Assembly (NCBI GenBank): GCA_027015275.1
Contig: JALWCU010000163.1
Location: forward strand, 1 to 40,964
From: Bacteroidales bacterium
GTDB taxonomy: Bacteria > Bacteroidota > Bacteroidia > Bacteroidales > S143-33
Direction: 5' to 3'
DNA: 40,964 bases
Of this stretch, positions 1-8,261 are shown piece by piece. Under the pieces are notes generated by a model. The model was given only the letters and a program-made list of their open reading frames with translations. It ran no database searches and was not told where the DNA came from. A program made the translations under genes and the position numbers. Position 1 is the first letter of the stretch. Every line of letters begins with the position of its first letter.

Positions 1-227
1 GTTATTACGGTTATCGTGGCGGGTACGCTTGACAGCCAGCTTTTTATATTGGATTTCCAGAAAAAATGTAAAATTAAAATATAGGAAATGAATATACTGA
101 AAATCAGGATATTAATAGGCCAGGGTGGCATACTGACGCCGTTTCCACCTGTCATGACTTCGACTATAATACCCAGAACAATAAGAAGTGAAGAAATTAT
201 AATGCCTCGTATGTAATCAGCTTTCAT
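1..227 (-). CDS. membrane protein, N-terminal part only (truncated by window edge); function unknown, possibly ResB-like cytochrome c biogenesis protein
   Basis: Reverse-strand ATG at 225-227, reading frame open to position 1. It is absent from the ORF track because it has no stop inside the window. Translation: MKADYIRGIIISSLLIVLGIIVEVMTGGNGVSMPPWPINILIFSIFISYILILHFFWKSNIKSWLSSVPATITVIT, with two clear hydrophobic helices. The WLSSvpAtit segment loosely resembles the ResB N-terminal motif; this is weak. Confidence 0.5.
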   Translation of the reverse strand, partial: MKADYIRGIIISSLLIVLGIIVEVMTGGNGVSMPPWPINILIFSIFISYILILHFFWKSNIKSWLSSVPATITVI

Positions 228-492
228 TACTTAAATCTATGTACAAAATTTCCACAAATGTATGTAAATTATTATATAATTTTTACTTGTTATTTTGTAT
301 TTGGTTGTAATGTTTTATTAATCAATAGGTTTTATTTATATATTTGTTGAGAATAAAAAAAAAGAATTTAAAACATGAATAATTTTGCAATCTTATAAAT
401 CTCGGAGGATAAGTGTTTGTTTGAAAGATAGTTGAAAAATGGATTTTGAGAGTTTAATAATTTTATGTTATTTTATTAAAACAAAAATTTAA

Positions 493-500
493 TAAATTTG
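493..500 (+). promoter_or_regulatory. candidate Bacteroidota -7 promoter box (TAAATTTG, fits TAnnTTTG) for the cytochrome operon
   Basis: Exact TAnnTTTG match 45 nt upstream of the ATG at 545, in an AT-rich divergent intergenic region. No clean TTTG -33 element at the expected spacing. A second match, TAATTTTG, lies at 380-387. Confidence 0.3.
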
Positions 501-544
501 TACAAAGACACTAATTAAATTCTTCTATCAAAAAGGCAAAGAAT

Positions 545-2212
545 ATGAAAAAGTTTTGGGAGATACTGCTGATTATTTTGCTTCCAGAGGTAATAATTTT
601 CACTATTATCGGAATATGGAAGCATGACCGGCTCAGACATCCCTTTGACAACAGTTCTATTAAGCTGAGTGAAAAGGTTATTATGCCGGTTGACCATTCT
701 AAGTTCGCTGAACTACAGAAGGATTTTAAGACTCCCCAGGAGGTTACTAAGGCATGCCTGAAATGTCATAACAACATTGACAAGCAGCTTATGATTAATG
801 AGCACTGGCTGTGGATAAAAGATGATACTATTCCTGGTAGAGGGCATGTCCGCCTCGGTAAAAGAAATATTATAAACAACTTTTGTATAGCTAGTGGAGC
901 CAATGAGAAGCTGTGTACGATGTGTCATGCAGGCTATGGCTATAGGGACAAGAACTGGGATTCTACTAAGACAGAGAATATGGATTGTCTTATCTGTCAC
1001 GATCATACTGGCACTTACCGCAAAGCAAATCCTTGTGCTGATACTTCTGCTAAAGGTTTTGGCTATCCAGCTAAGGGAGTTAATCTCAGGAATGTGGCAA
1101 TGCACATAGGCTTGCCCGAGCGTCATAATTGCGGAGCTTGTCATTACACAGGTGGAGGTGGTAATAATGTTAAGCATGGAGATCTGGAGCTTGCTCTCAA
1201 TCATACCACAAAGCTTGTCGATGTTCACATGGGTGTTGATGGACAGAATATGAGTTGTACTGATTGCCACAAGACTCGGAATCATAATATTCCTGGTAAT
1301 CTGGCAATGGTTTCTGCCTCACCGAGTAATTCTTTTAGCTGTACAGAATGCCATACTTCTGCGCCGCACAAGAGTAAGATATTAAACGAACACTTCCAGC
1401 AAGTAGCTTGTCAGACGTGTCATATACCTGTTTATGCCAAGGTACAGCCAACAAATATTTATTGGTCTTGGAAAGATGCTGGCAAATTAAGGCCAGGAGG
1501 TGGTTTGCTACATTTCGAAAAAGAGATACCTGTTGATTCTATTACAAGATATGTTCATAATATGGCTTATATCCATGATTTGACCACAGACAGTGTTGTA
1601 TATGAATACGATTCACGTCATGGTGCAGCAATCTTGGCAAAGGACGTTAAGCCAGAATATAGGTGGTGGAACGGATATACTGATCATCATTTCATCACAG
1701 ATCCTATTAAGTCCGATACTGTGGATCTTAACCCATTAATGGGATCTTATGCTGATAATCTACATCCTATGGATTCCAAACATCCGTCAAAGATTTACCC
1801 AGTAAAGGTCATGCGTGGCAATCAAATCTACGATACAAAGTATGATAGACTTATTGATCCAAAGCTTGTTGGTAAAAAAGGCGAAGGCGGTTTCTGGCGC
1901 GATTTCAATTGGGACACTTCTGCCACACTTGGTATGGCTTATCGTGGGCTTAAATTTAGCGGACATTATGGATTTATACAGACAAGGAGTTATTGGCCTT
2001 TGAACCACGAGGTAGCACCTGCATCACAAGCTCTCTCATGCGAAGCTTGCCACTCTCGGCACAGTAGGCTGAGTAATTTGAAAGACTTTTATTTACCTGG
2101 ACGTGATGTTAATAAGGTAGTTGATCTAATTGGCTGGCTTATGGTAATTGGCGCTTTGCTGGGAGTTGCTATACATGGTGCACTGAGAATTTTTTCTAAT
2201 AAAAACAGTTAA
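545..2212 (+). CDS. octahaem c-type cytochrome, tetrathionate reductase (OTR) family-like
   Basis: ATG start and a hydrophobic N-terminal signal/anchor (ILLIILLPEVIIFTIIGIW). Eight CXXCH haem-binding motifs: CLKCH, CTMCH, CLICH, CGACH, CTDCH, CTECH, CQTCH, CEACH. The DHSKF...VTKACLKCH...HWLW start and overall spacing resemble the OTR family. A C-terminal hydrophobic helix (WLMVIGALLGVAIHGAL) is present. Confidence 0.88.
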   Translation: MKKFWEILLIILLPEVIIFTIIGIWKHDRLRHPFDNSSIKLSEKVIMPVDHSKFAELQKDFKTPQEVTKACLKCHNNIDKQLMINEHWLWIKDDTIPGRGHVRLGKRNIINNFCIASGANEKLCTMCHAGYGYRDKNWDSTKTENMDCLICHDHTGTYRKANPCADTSAKGFGYPAKGVNLRNVAMHIGLPERHNCGACHYTGGGGNNVKHGDLELALNHTTKLVDVHMGVDGQNMSCTDCHKTRNHNIPGNLAMVSASPSNSFSCTECHTSAPHKSKILNEHFQQVACQTCHIPVYAKVQPTNIYWSWKDAGKLRPGGGLLHFEKEIPVDSITRYVHNMAYIHDLTTDSVVYEYDSRHGAAILAKDVKPEYRWWNGYTDHHFITDPIKSDTVDLNPLMGSYADNLHPMDSKHPSKIYPVKVMRGNQIYDTKYDRLIDPKLVGKKGEGGFWRDFNWDTSATLGMAYRGLKFSGHYGFIQTRSYWPLNHEVAPASQALSCEACHSRHSRLSNLKDFYLPGRDVNKVVDLIGWLMVIGALLGVAIHGALRIFSNKNS

Positions 2213-2231
2213 ATAACTAAAATCCAGAAAA

Positions 2232-3320
2232 ATGAAAAAAGTATATTTATATAGAGGGTTTGAGAGGTTCTGGCATTGGACACAGGCCTTGTTTATCCTT
2301 TTCTTACTCTTGACAGGTTTTGAAATACATGGAACATACAAACTCTTTGGTTATAAGACAGCTGTTTTTCTTCATGACAATACAGCAATATTGTATGTTG
2401 TTTTAATTGTTATTATTTATTTCTGGCTGTTTTTCTCAGGTGATTGGCGTCAATTTTTCCCAAAGAAGAACATGCTCCTCAAAGACCAAGTTATTTATTA
2501 TCTCAATGGTATTTTTAAAGGTAAAGAACATCCATTGCCAAAGACGATTACAAATAAGTTTAATGACCTTCAGCGTCTTACGTATTTTAGCATAGAGTTT
2601 ATTATTCTACCATTAATGGTAATAGTTGGCTTGCTTTATATGAATTATGATTATCTCAAGGCAAATTTTGGGCTATCTATTGATTTGAAATACATTGCTT
2701 TGACTCATGTCTTTATTGCATTCTTTTTGTTGGCATTTGTTATTGGGCATATTTATTTGACAACGACTGGATATAAGCCGCTTTCCTCTATAAAAGCAAT
2801 GCTCACAGGTTGGGAAGAAGTAGGCGAAGAGGAAGAGACTACAGCTCTTGAAGATTATCTGCGTTTTGTATTTCAGCAGGCAGAGAAGAGGGCAGCTGAG
2901 CCAGATTATACTATTGATACAGAGACTTTTAAGTCTGTATTCAAAAAGGTAGCTAAGGACCTTGGTCTGTCCGGCGCAGCAGTGGATGAGCTATTGACAA
3001 TGTATAGTTTCGGACACTTTAAGATTGGTGCTGACGGTAAGTTTATCGAAGTTAATGATGTTTGGAAAAAGATCTTTGAATGCACAGAGATAACTGATCC
3101 AGTTGGTCGTAGTTACACTCTCAATCTTAGTGGCGATGATAAAGCTAAGGTAGAAGAGCTTTTCAACAAGGTCCTTCAAGGCGAGAAAGTAACAGGTGTG
3201 AGAGTCCCTCGTTATTGCAAGGACGGGACAAAGCGTTATCATGCTGTATCCATGGCGCCTGTCATGCAAGATGGTAAAGTTGTTGCGGTTGAAGGATTTA
3301 TAATTGATGTCAAAGAGTAA
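2232..3320 (+). CDS. cytochrome b (PF01292-like, four TM helices) fused to a C-terminal PAS-like domain
   Basis: ATG 19 nt after the cytochrome c stop. The N-terminal ~200 aa have four TM helices with conserved His residues (FWHWTQALFILFLLLTGFEIHG; LTHVFIAFFLLAFVIGHIY), as in FdnI/HybB-type dihaem cytochrome b. An acidic linker (EEVGEEEETT) follows. The C-terminal ~130 aa end in a PAS-type beta-sheet pattern (KDGTKRYHAVSMAPVMQDGKVVAVEGFIIDV). Confidence 0.8.
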   Translation: MKKVYLYRGFERFWHWTQALFILFLLLTGFEIHGTYKLFGYKTAVFLHDNTAILYVVLIVIIYFWLFFSGDWRQFFPKKNMLLKDQVIYYLNGIFKGKEHPLPKTITNKFNDLQRLTYFSIEFIILPLMVIVGLLYMNYDYLKANFGLSIDLKYIALTHVFIAFFLLAFVIGHIYLTTTGYKPLSSIKAMLTGWEEVGEEEETTALEDYLRFVFQQAEKRAAEPDYTIDTETFKSVFKKVAKDLGLSGAAVDELLTMYSFGHFKIGADGKFIEVNDVWKKIFECTEITDPVGRSYTLNLSGDDKAKVEELFNKVLQGEKVTGVRVPRYCKDGTKRYHAVSMAPVMQDGKVVAVEGFIIDVKE

Positions 3321-3375
3321 TTTTCTTTGCTGAGTTACATTTTTTGATAGGCTATTGCTTATTGTAGCTATTTTA

Positions 3376-3409
3376 CGGCTCGCATGGACAAAGCCAGCGA
3401 GCCGTTTTT
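3376..3409 (+). terminator. intrinsic terminator after the cytochrome b::PAS gene
   Basis: Perfect 8-bp stem CGGCTCGC (3376-3383) / GCGAGCCG (3397-3404) followed by TTTTT (3405-3409). Confidence 0.7.
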
Positions 3410-3512
3410 GTATTGTGGATATAAAGCTAGGTAAATGTTTTTACTGTAGAAATTATTTAATTTTAGAAAAAGGCATTATTTTTAGTCAACTAAACTCTTA
3501 ATATTTTTTACT

Positions 3513-4103
3513 ATGAGATTTGATATTGTACATCAGGATTCTTATTCAAGAGGTGAGCTGCTGCTTAGAACCTTTTTTGGCGTTATTTATATTGCCATAC
3601 CGCATTTTTTTGTTCTTTCTTTCTTGGCTATTTGGTCTGCTATTTTGACATTTATAGCCTTCTGGTCAATACTTTTTACAGGCAAGTATCCTCGTAAAAT
3701 GTATGAGTTCCAGGTCAAGTATTTGCGTTGGTATTATAGAGTAACAGCGCGTCTATGGAACCTGTCGGATGGGTATCCAAAGTTTGGCTTGAATGCCGAT
3801 GATGAGCATGTTATTCTCGAGGTTGAATACCCTGAGCATTTGAAGGTCGGTGATTTGTTGCTCAAGGTCTTTTTGGGTTTTATTTACGTACTTATTCCCC
3901 ATTTGATTGCGCTCTTTATCAGGGAAATAGTTACATTGATTCTTATTTTTATAGCATGGTGGGCTGTATTGTTTACAGGAAAATACCCAGAGGGAATGCA
4001 CAGATTTAATGTAGGTACATTGCGCTGGGGCCTTCGCCTAAATATGTATATATTTATGCTTATGACAGATAAGTATCCGCCTTTGCATGGAAGGCCAGAA
4101 TAA
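3513..4103 (+). CDS. DUF4389-like integral membrane protein (internally duplicated)
   Basis: ATG start. Two homologous halves each carry the pattern LLLRTFFGVIYIAIPH...FTGKYP...LRW versus LLLKVFLGFIYVLIPH...FTGKYP...LRW, typical of DUF4389. Confidence 0.8.
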   Translation: MRFDIVHQDSYSRGELLLRTFFGVIYIAIPHFFVLSFLAIWSAILTFIAFWSILFTGKYPRKMYEFQVKYLRWYYRVTARLWNLSDGYPKFGLNADDEHVILEVEYPEHLKVGDLLLKVFLGFIYVLIPHLIALFIREIVTLILIFIAWWAVLFTGKYPEGMHRFNVGTLRWGLRLNMYIFMLMTDKYPPLHGRPE

Positions 4104-4128
4104 GGCTTATTGCTTCGGTACTTATTTT

Positions 4129-4180
4129 GCGATAAGGATGGTATTAATTAGTTTGATACTGGGTCCTTATCGCATTTTTT
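4129..4180 (+). terminator. intrinsic terminator after the DUF4389 gene
   Basis: 10-bp stem GCGATAAGGA (4129-4138) / TCCTTATCGC (4164-4173), a ~25-nt loop, then a T6 run (4175-4180). Confidence 0.55.
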
Positions 4181-4313
4181 GCATAAATTGGCATTGTGGA
4201 TATGAAATATTTGGGTAACATTATGTTTTAGTTTTAAATATGTGATATTTGTCAAGTATTGTTGCAAATTATAGTTTTTTTTATTACAATTGTCTAAATA
4301 TCAGTTAAATGAC

Positions 4314-4983
4314 ATGAGAAAAGTCTTTACGCTTTTTATTTTCATCTTTATTTCTTTTTCTATTCTCGCACCGGGTAAAGTCATTAGAGGAAAGGTTATT
4401 GATTTTGATTCTGGCAGTCCTATTAGTGGTGTCAGTATTCCGATTATAGGCACAAACCAGACGGTTAAGACTAATAAAGCTGTTTTTTTACTATCAAATT
4501 ACCTGACTCCCTCAGAAAGGTTCAATTTTCTGTAACAGGATATCGCATTAGCAATCAGAGACATTATGATAATTTCTACGAACTGTTTGTAGTAAGGGAT
4601 ATTTTTTCATTGGGGCTGACAGATTTGATGAAGCTTCAAGTTGTTTCCACGAGTAAGAAAAAGGAAAATTTAATTCTTTTGCGTGCTCATTTATTTTGAG
4701 AAAGAAGTGCATTCTGCGCAAGTCTTGGGTAATACTTATCTTAATCCAGAAAAAGTATTTCTTATGATGCGGTTTATTCTGTTGCATATCCACATTTGCA
4801 GTTTAATTTTGATGTTTTTTATACATAGATTAAAAACCAGATAGAACCTTTGGACCTAGAGCTACGTGTAGATAATGTCTTGAATACTAAGATTTTATTA
4901 CCAGAGATAGCACGTGATGGCACGGTGATACCTAAGACCAAACCTATATGTATTATTTGACAGTAAGTTATAGATTCTTCTAA
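4314..4983 (+). pseudogene. decayed TonB-dependent receptor (frameshifted and internally deleted relic)
   Basis: The ATG at 4314 gives a signal peptide plus carboxypeptidase-regulatory-like domain (MRKVFTLFIFIFISFSILAPGKVIRGKVIDFDSGSPISGVSIPIIGTNQTVKTNKA). The frame is lost at the T7 run 4483-4489. The next frame continues the same domain (FFTIKLPDSLRKVQFSVTGYRISNQ...LQVVSTSKKKENL) and then hits stops. The last frame ends DQTYMYYLTVSYRFF* (4936-4983), the aromatic-terminated final beta-strand of TonB-dependent barrels. The relic is about 0.7 kb versus 2-3 kb for an intact receptor. Confidence 0.6.
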
Positions 4984-5118
4984 TTATGAGCATTTGCACT
5001 GTCTCATGTTACAGATTTGTATGAACTAAAACAGAATTGTTGCACAATTTTTGAAATTAAACTTTAGTATCTTGGCTTAAAGTATTATTTTAGTGAAGTC
5101 AATTAAAGAATTTAGATA

Positions 5119-6708
5119 ATGACGCTTCGTACAAAATTACCTTTATATAGCTCTATAATTCTCTTTATAACGATTATAACTTTATCAGGGCTTTTTTTGT
5201 ATAATTACAGACGGACAATCAATCGTTACATAAAGGAATACAGAACAGAGCAAGTTAATATGGTAATTTCCCACCTCAAGGATATTATCAGCATTGCTTA
5301 CCGTATGATTGACGCTAATTATCACATTAGCCAGGAGGCAATGAAAAAATATTATGGCTTCAAGCTTGACACGATTCCAGAGGATATAGCTAAGATGATT
5401 CAGGTTAATATGCTCAAGATTACGCTTAGTCAGCTCAGGAGCATTAGATACGGTAAAGATGGTTATTTGTGGATAAATGATTTTGATCCACCATACACTG
5501 TTATTATGCACGGAGCCAAGCCATCGTTGGAGGGTAAGTCTTGGAATTTTTATATAGAAGGCACTGATATTAATGTGTATAAAGCTTTCCATGATTCTAT
5601 AGTGGCAGGCGGTGGACAGGGCAGAGTTAGTTATAGTTTTTATAAACCTGGCACAAACGAAGAAGTGCCAAAGATTTCATGGGTACGTCTGTATAAGCCA
5701 CTCAGATGGGTTATTGGCACAGGTGTATATGTGGACCAAATAGATAAAATGGTACGTGCCAAGAAAGCGGCACTCGCTAAGTCCGTCAGGCAAATGACTT
5801 ATACCATAATCCTACTGGCAATTATAATGTTGCTCATTTCTACGGCGACCTTATATCTTTTAGCCCGTTCTATTACCGTACCTATTTTTAGAATACAAGA
5901 GGTTTTGGAAGAACTTTCTTTGGGGAAAATTATTAATACACCAGAGACTCGACGAGCAGACGAAATTGGACAAATGAGTCTAGCCTTGCAAAAACTTATA
6001 GAAGGATTGAAGTCATATTATAAATTTGCACAACAGATTGGACAAGGCAATTTTGACGCTGAGTTCGAACCACTTAGCCGAGAAGATATTCTTGGTAATG
6101 AGTTATTGACTATGAAACGCAGGCTCATCGAAGCGCGTGAGAAGGAAAAAGCGCAGCTCGAGCTTGAGAAAAAAAGACACTGGGTATCTACTGGTATTTC
6201 TGTTTTTAGTGGACTTATTACTGCTAATTCTGGTGATATTAAGCTTTTGTCTAATGTTGTGCTACGGCAATTAATGGAATATGTCAATGCGGCAGTAGGG
6301 GGTATTTTTATCCTGCAATTCCCAGAAAACGATCAGGGTAAACCATATCTTAAACAAATGGCTACTATTGCATACAATCGTCAGAAAATTATTCAGAAAA
6401 CACTTGAAATAAACGAGGGACTTGTGGGCGCTTGCTTTACTGAGCGTGAACCTGTTTTTATAACCAATGTGCCAGAAAATTATATCCAAATAAGGACAGG
6501 ATTGGGTAAAGCCCTCCCACGTAATATATACCTGACACCCATAAAATACGAAGAGAAGGTTTTTGGCGTTATAGAACTTGCGACTTTTGAGACATTTGAT
6601 GAGTTCCATCGCGAATTGATAGACTCTGTAGCCCAGAGTATGGCAGTAGCATTATCAACAAATTCTTATTTTATTGGAAAAGAAATAGATATTGATGCCT
6701 GGTTCTAA
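5119..6708 (+). CDS. membrane sensor protein: single-Cache periplasmic domain - TM - HAMP - GAF, no recognisable output domain
   Basis: ATG start and an N-terminal TM helix. Cache signature: YGKDGYLWINDFDPPYTVIMHGAKPSLEGK...VSYSFYKPGTNEEVPKISWVRLYKPLRWVIGTGVYVDQID. A second TM helix follows (YTIILLAIIMLLISTATLYLLA). HAMP segment: PIFRIQEVLEEL...ADEIGQMSLALQKLIEGL. After a coiled coil comes a GAF-like C-terminus (EGLVGACFTEREPVFITNVPENYIQIRTGLG...EEKVFGVIELATFE). Confidence 0.8.
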   Translation: MTLRTKLPLYSSIILFITIITLSGLFLYNYRRTINRYIKEYRTEQVNMVISHLKDIISIAYRMIDANYHISQEAMKKYYGFKLDTIPEDIAKMIQVNMLKITLSQLRSIRYGKDGYLWINDFDPPYTVIMHGAKPSLEGKSWNFYIEGTDINVYKAFHDSIVAGGGQGRVSYSFYKPGTNEEVPKISWVRLYKPLRWVIGTGVYVDQIDKMVRAKKAALAKSVRQMTYTIILLAIIMLLISTATLYLLARSITVPIFRIQEVLEELSLGKIINTPETRRADEIGQMSLALQKLIEGLKSYYKFAQQIGQGNFDAEFEPLSREDILGNELLTMKRRLIEAREKEKAQLELEKKRHWVSTGISVFSGLITANSGDIKLLSNVVLRQLMEYVNAAVGGIFILQFPENDQGKPYLKQMATIAYNRQKIIQKTLEINEGLVGACFTEREPVFITNVPENYIQIRTGLGKALPRNIYLTPIKYEEKVFGVIELATFETFDEFHRELIDSVAQSMAVALSTNSYFIGKEIDIDAWF

Positions 6709-7369
6709 ACTTTACATAGTCCCCACCCCTATTGGCAATCTCAAAGATATAACACTCAGAGCATTAGACGTACTAAAAGAGGTGGATACTATCTTGGCAG
6801 AAGATACGAGGACAACTTTACACCTGCTAAATCATTATAGCATAGTTCCCAGGCGGCTACAGGCGCATCATAAGTTTAATGAGCATAGAACTGTACAAGA
6901 CTTGGTCGAAAGAATTAAAGCTGGTGAATCCATGGCCTTGGTTACTGATGCAGGTATGCCAGGAATATCTGATCCTGGGTTTCTTTTGGTACGTGCTTGT
7001 TGGGAGAATGATGTGACTGTGGAAGTATTACCTGGTGCTACAGCTTTGATACCCGCGCTTGTTGCTTCTGGGTTCCCGACAGATAGGTTTGTATTCGAAG
7101 GCTTTCTCCCTCACAAGAAAGGACGGCAAAAAAAGTTGAAGTCCCTTGCCCAGGAGCAGCGTACTATTGTGCTTTACGAGTCGCCTTACAGATTGATTAA
7201 GCTATTGGAGGAAATTAAACAATATTTCAGTAAGGAACGTAAGATAGCTGTGGTGCGCGAGCTTACTAAGATTCATGAAGAAGTGGTGCGCGGAACTGCG
7301 GAGGAAGTTATTCAACATTTTGCTGGCAAACAAATTAAGGGCGAAATAGTCGTTGTCATCTCGCCCTAA
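6695..7369 (+). CDS. rsmI: 16S rRNA (cytidine1402-2'-O)-methyltransferase
   Basis: N-terminus LYIVPTPIGNLKDITLRALDVLKEVDTILAEDTRTT and the motifs DAGMPGISDPG and ESPYRL are typical RsmI (tetrapyrrole-methylase fold). I prefer the ATG at 6695; the ORF track starts at the TTG at 6692. It overlaps the upstream gene by 14 nt. Confidence 0.88.
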   Translation: MPGSKLYIVPTPIGNLKDITLRALDVLKEVDTILAEDTRTTLHLLNHYSIVPRRLQAHHKFNEHRTVQDLVERIKAGESMALVTDAGMPGISDPGFLLVRACWENDVTVEVLPGATALIPALVASGFPTDRFVFEGFLPHKKGRQKKLKSLAQEQRTIVLYESPYRLIKLLEEIKQYFSKERKIAVVRELTKIHEEVVRGTAEEVIQHFAGKQIKGEIVVVISP

Positions 7370-7424
7370 GGTTGACAAATTATTCTGGCTGAAGTAAGTT
7401 TGCCATAATGATAAAACATAAAAA

Positions 7425-8261
7425 ATGAAACGACTAATTCTCTTGTTTTGTGTTATTTCTGCTTCTGTTGTTTCTGTATTCCCTCAATCATTGGATTCCT
7501 TGATAAAAAAAGCCTTGATCAAAGATTGGAATAGAAAGGTGTCTATGGGTATGCGTCCTTTTTACGCTTATAAGGTTCTGGGTATTGATAGTACCAGAGA
7601 TGCTATTGATTATTACTTTATAGTTTTGGAAGCAGATTATAGGGTAGATGGGGTTTATTTGAAATCAGGAGAGATTAGCATAATTCCTCTGAAGATAGAA
7701 AAAACATCTGATACTGTCATTGGTTATAGGCCAATGGAAGGTGAGGACTATTCCCAGAGTGTGCGCAAAATTTTCCCCCCACAATATCAAGAACAAGTTT
7801 TTCATAGGCATTTTAATAGTGAAATGGCGCAGAGGCTTACTCGACATAAGGCTTTGAATTATTGGCATTTTAGGAAGGTGTATTTATTTTATCCAGAAAG
7901 CTGGACTGATTATGAGAATGTTATAAATAGATATGTAAATGGTCAGTTGACTAGTCCAATGAGTAAAGTTCGTTTAAGGCAAAGGGCAGTTTATTTTTAT
8001 CCCACCGATAGTATAAAATATTATGTTGCTTTGGCAGAATATCGTCTCCATTCTCCATTTGCCAACAGGAAACTTGCTAAGATACAGTATTTTAAGCAGA
8101 GAGCTGATACTGTCTATATTTTGTTAAATGCTGATGAGGATGGATGGGCTGGGGTTAGTTTTTTCCTAGCACAGGTGCATCCTTTAATTGAGAGGGCCCT
8201 CCTTCAATTTCCTGATGTAAGAGCTATTATATGGGATTATGCATCGGATGATAAGCGTTAG
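7425..8261 (+). CDS. hypothetical secreted protein
   Basis: ATG start and an N-terminal signal peptide (MKRLILLFCVISASVVSVFPQ). Long uninterrupted ORF with no recognisable domain. Confidence 0.65.
   Translation: MKRLILLFCVISASVVSVFPQSLDSLIKKALIKDWNRKVSMGMRPFYAYKVLGIDSTRDAIDYYFIVLEADYRVDGVYLKSGEISIIPLKIEKTSDTVIGYRPMEGEDYSQSVRKIFPPQYQEQVFHRHFNSEMAQRLTRHKALNYWHFRKVYLFYPESWTDYENVINRYVNGQLTSPMSKVRLRQRAVYFYPTDSIKYYVALAEYRLHSPFANRKLAKIQYFKQRADTVYILLNADEDGWAGVSFFLAQVHPLIERALLQFPDVRAIIWDYASDDKR

Noticed and set aside
713-1285. 190-aa ORF antisense to the octahaem cytochrome gene.
   Set aside because: It lies entirely inside a well-supported CDS with eight haem motifs. Its product is low-complexity and hydrophobic with no motif. 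This is a typical shadow ORF.
4548-4793. 81-aa minus-strand ORF in the 4.3-5.0 kb gap.
   Set aside because: The plus strand of the same region reads as fragments of a TonB-dependent receptor. The minus-strand product has no features, so the region is better explained as a pseudogene.
6061-6071. GAGTTCGAACC, a tRNA T-loop-like motif.
   Set aside because: It is embedded in the Cache-HAMP-GAF CDS, and no acceptor or anticodon stems can be built around it. I recognised no tRNA in the window.
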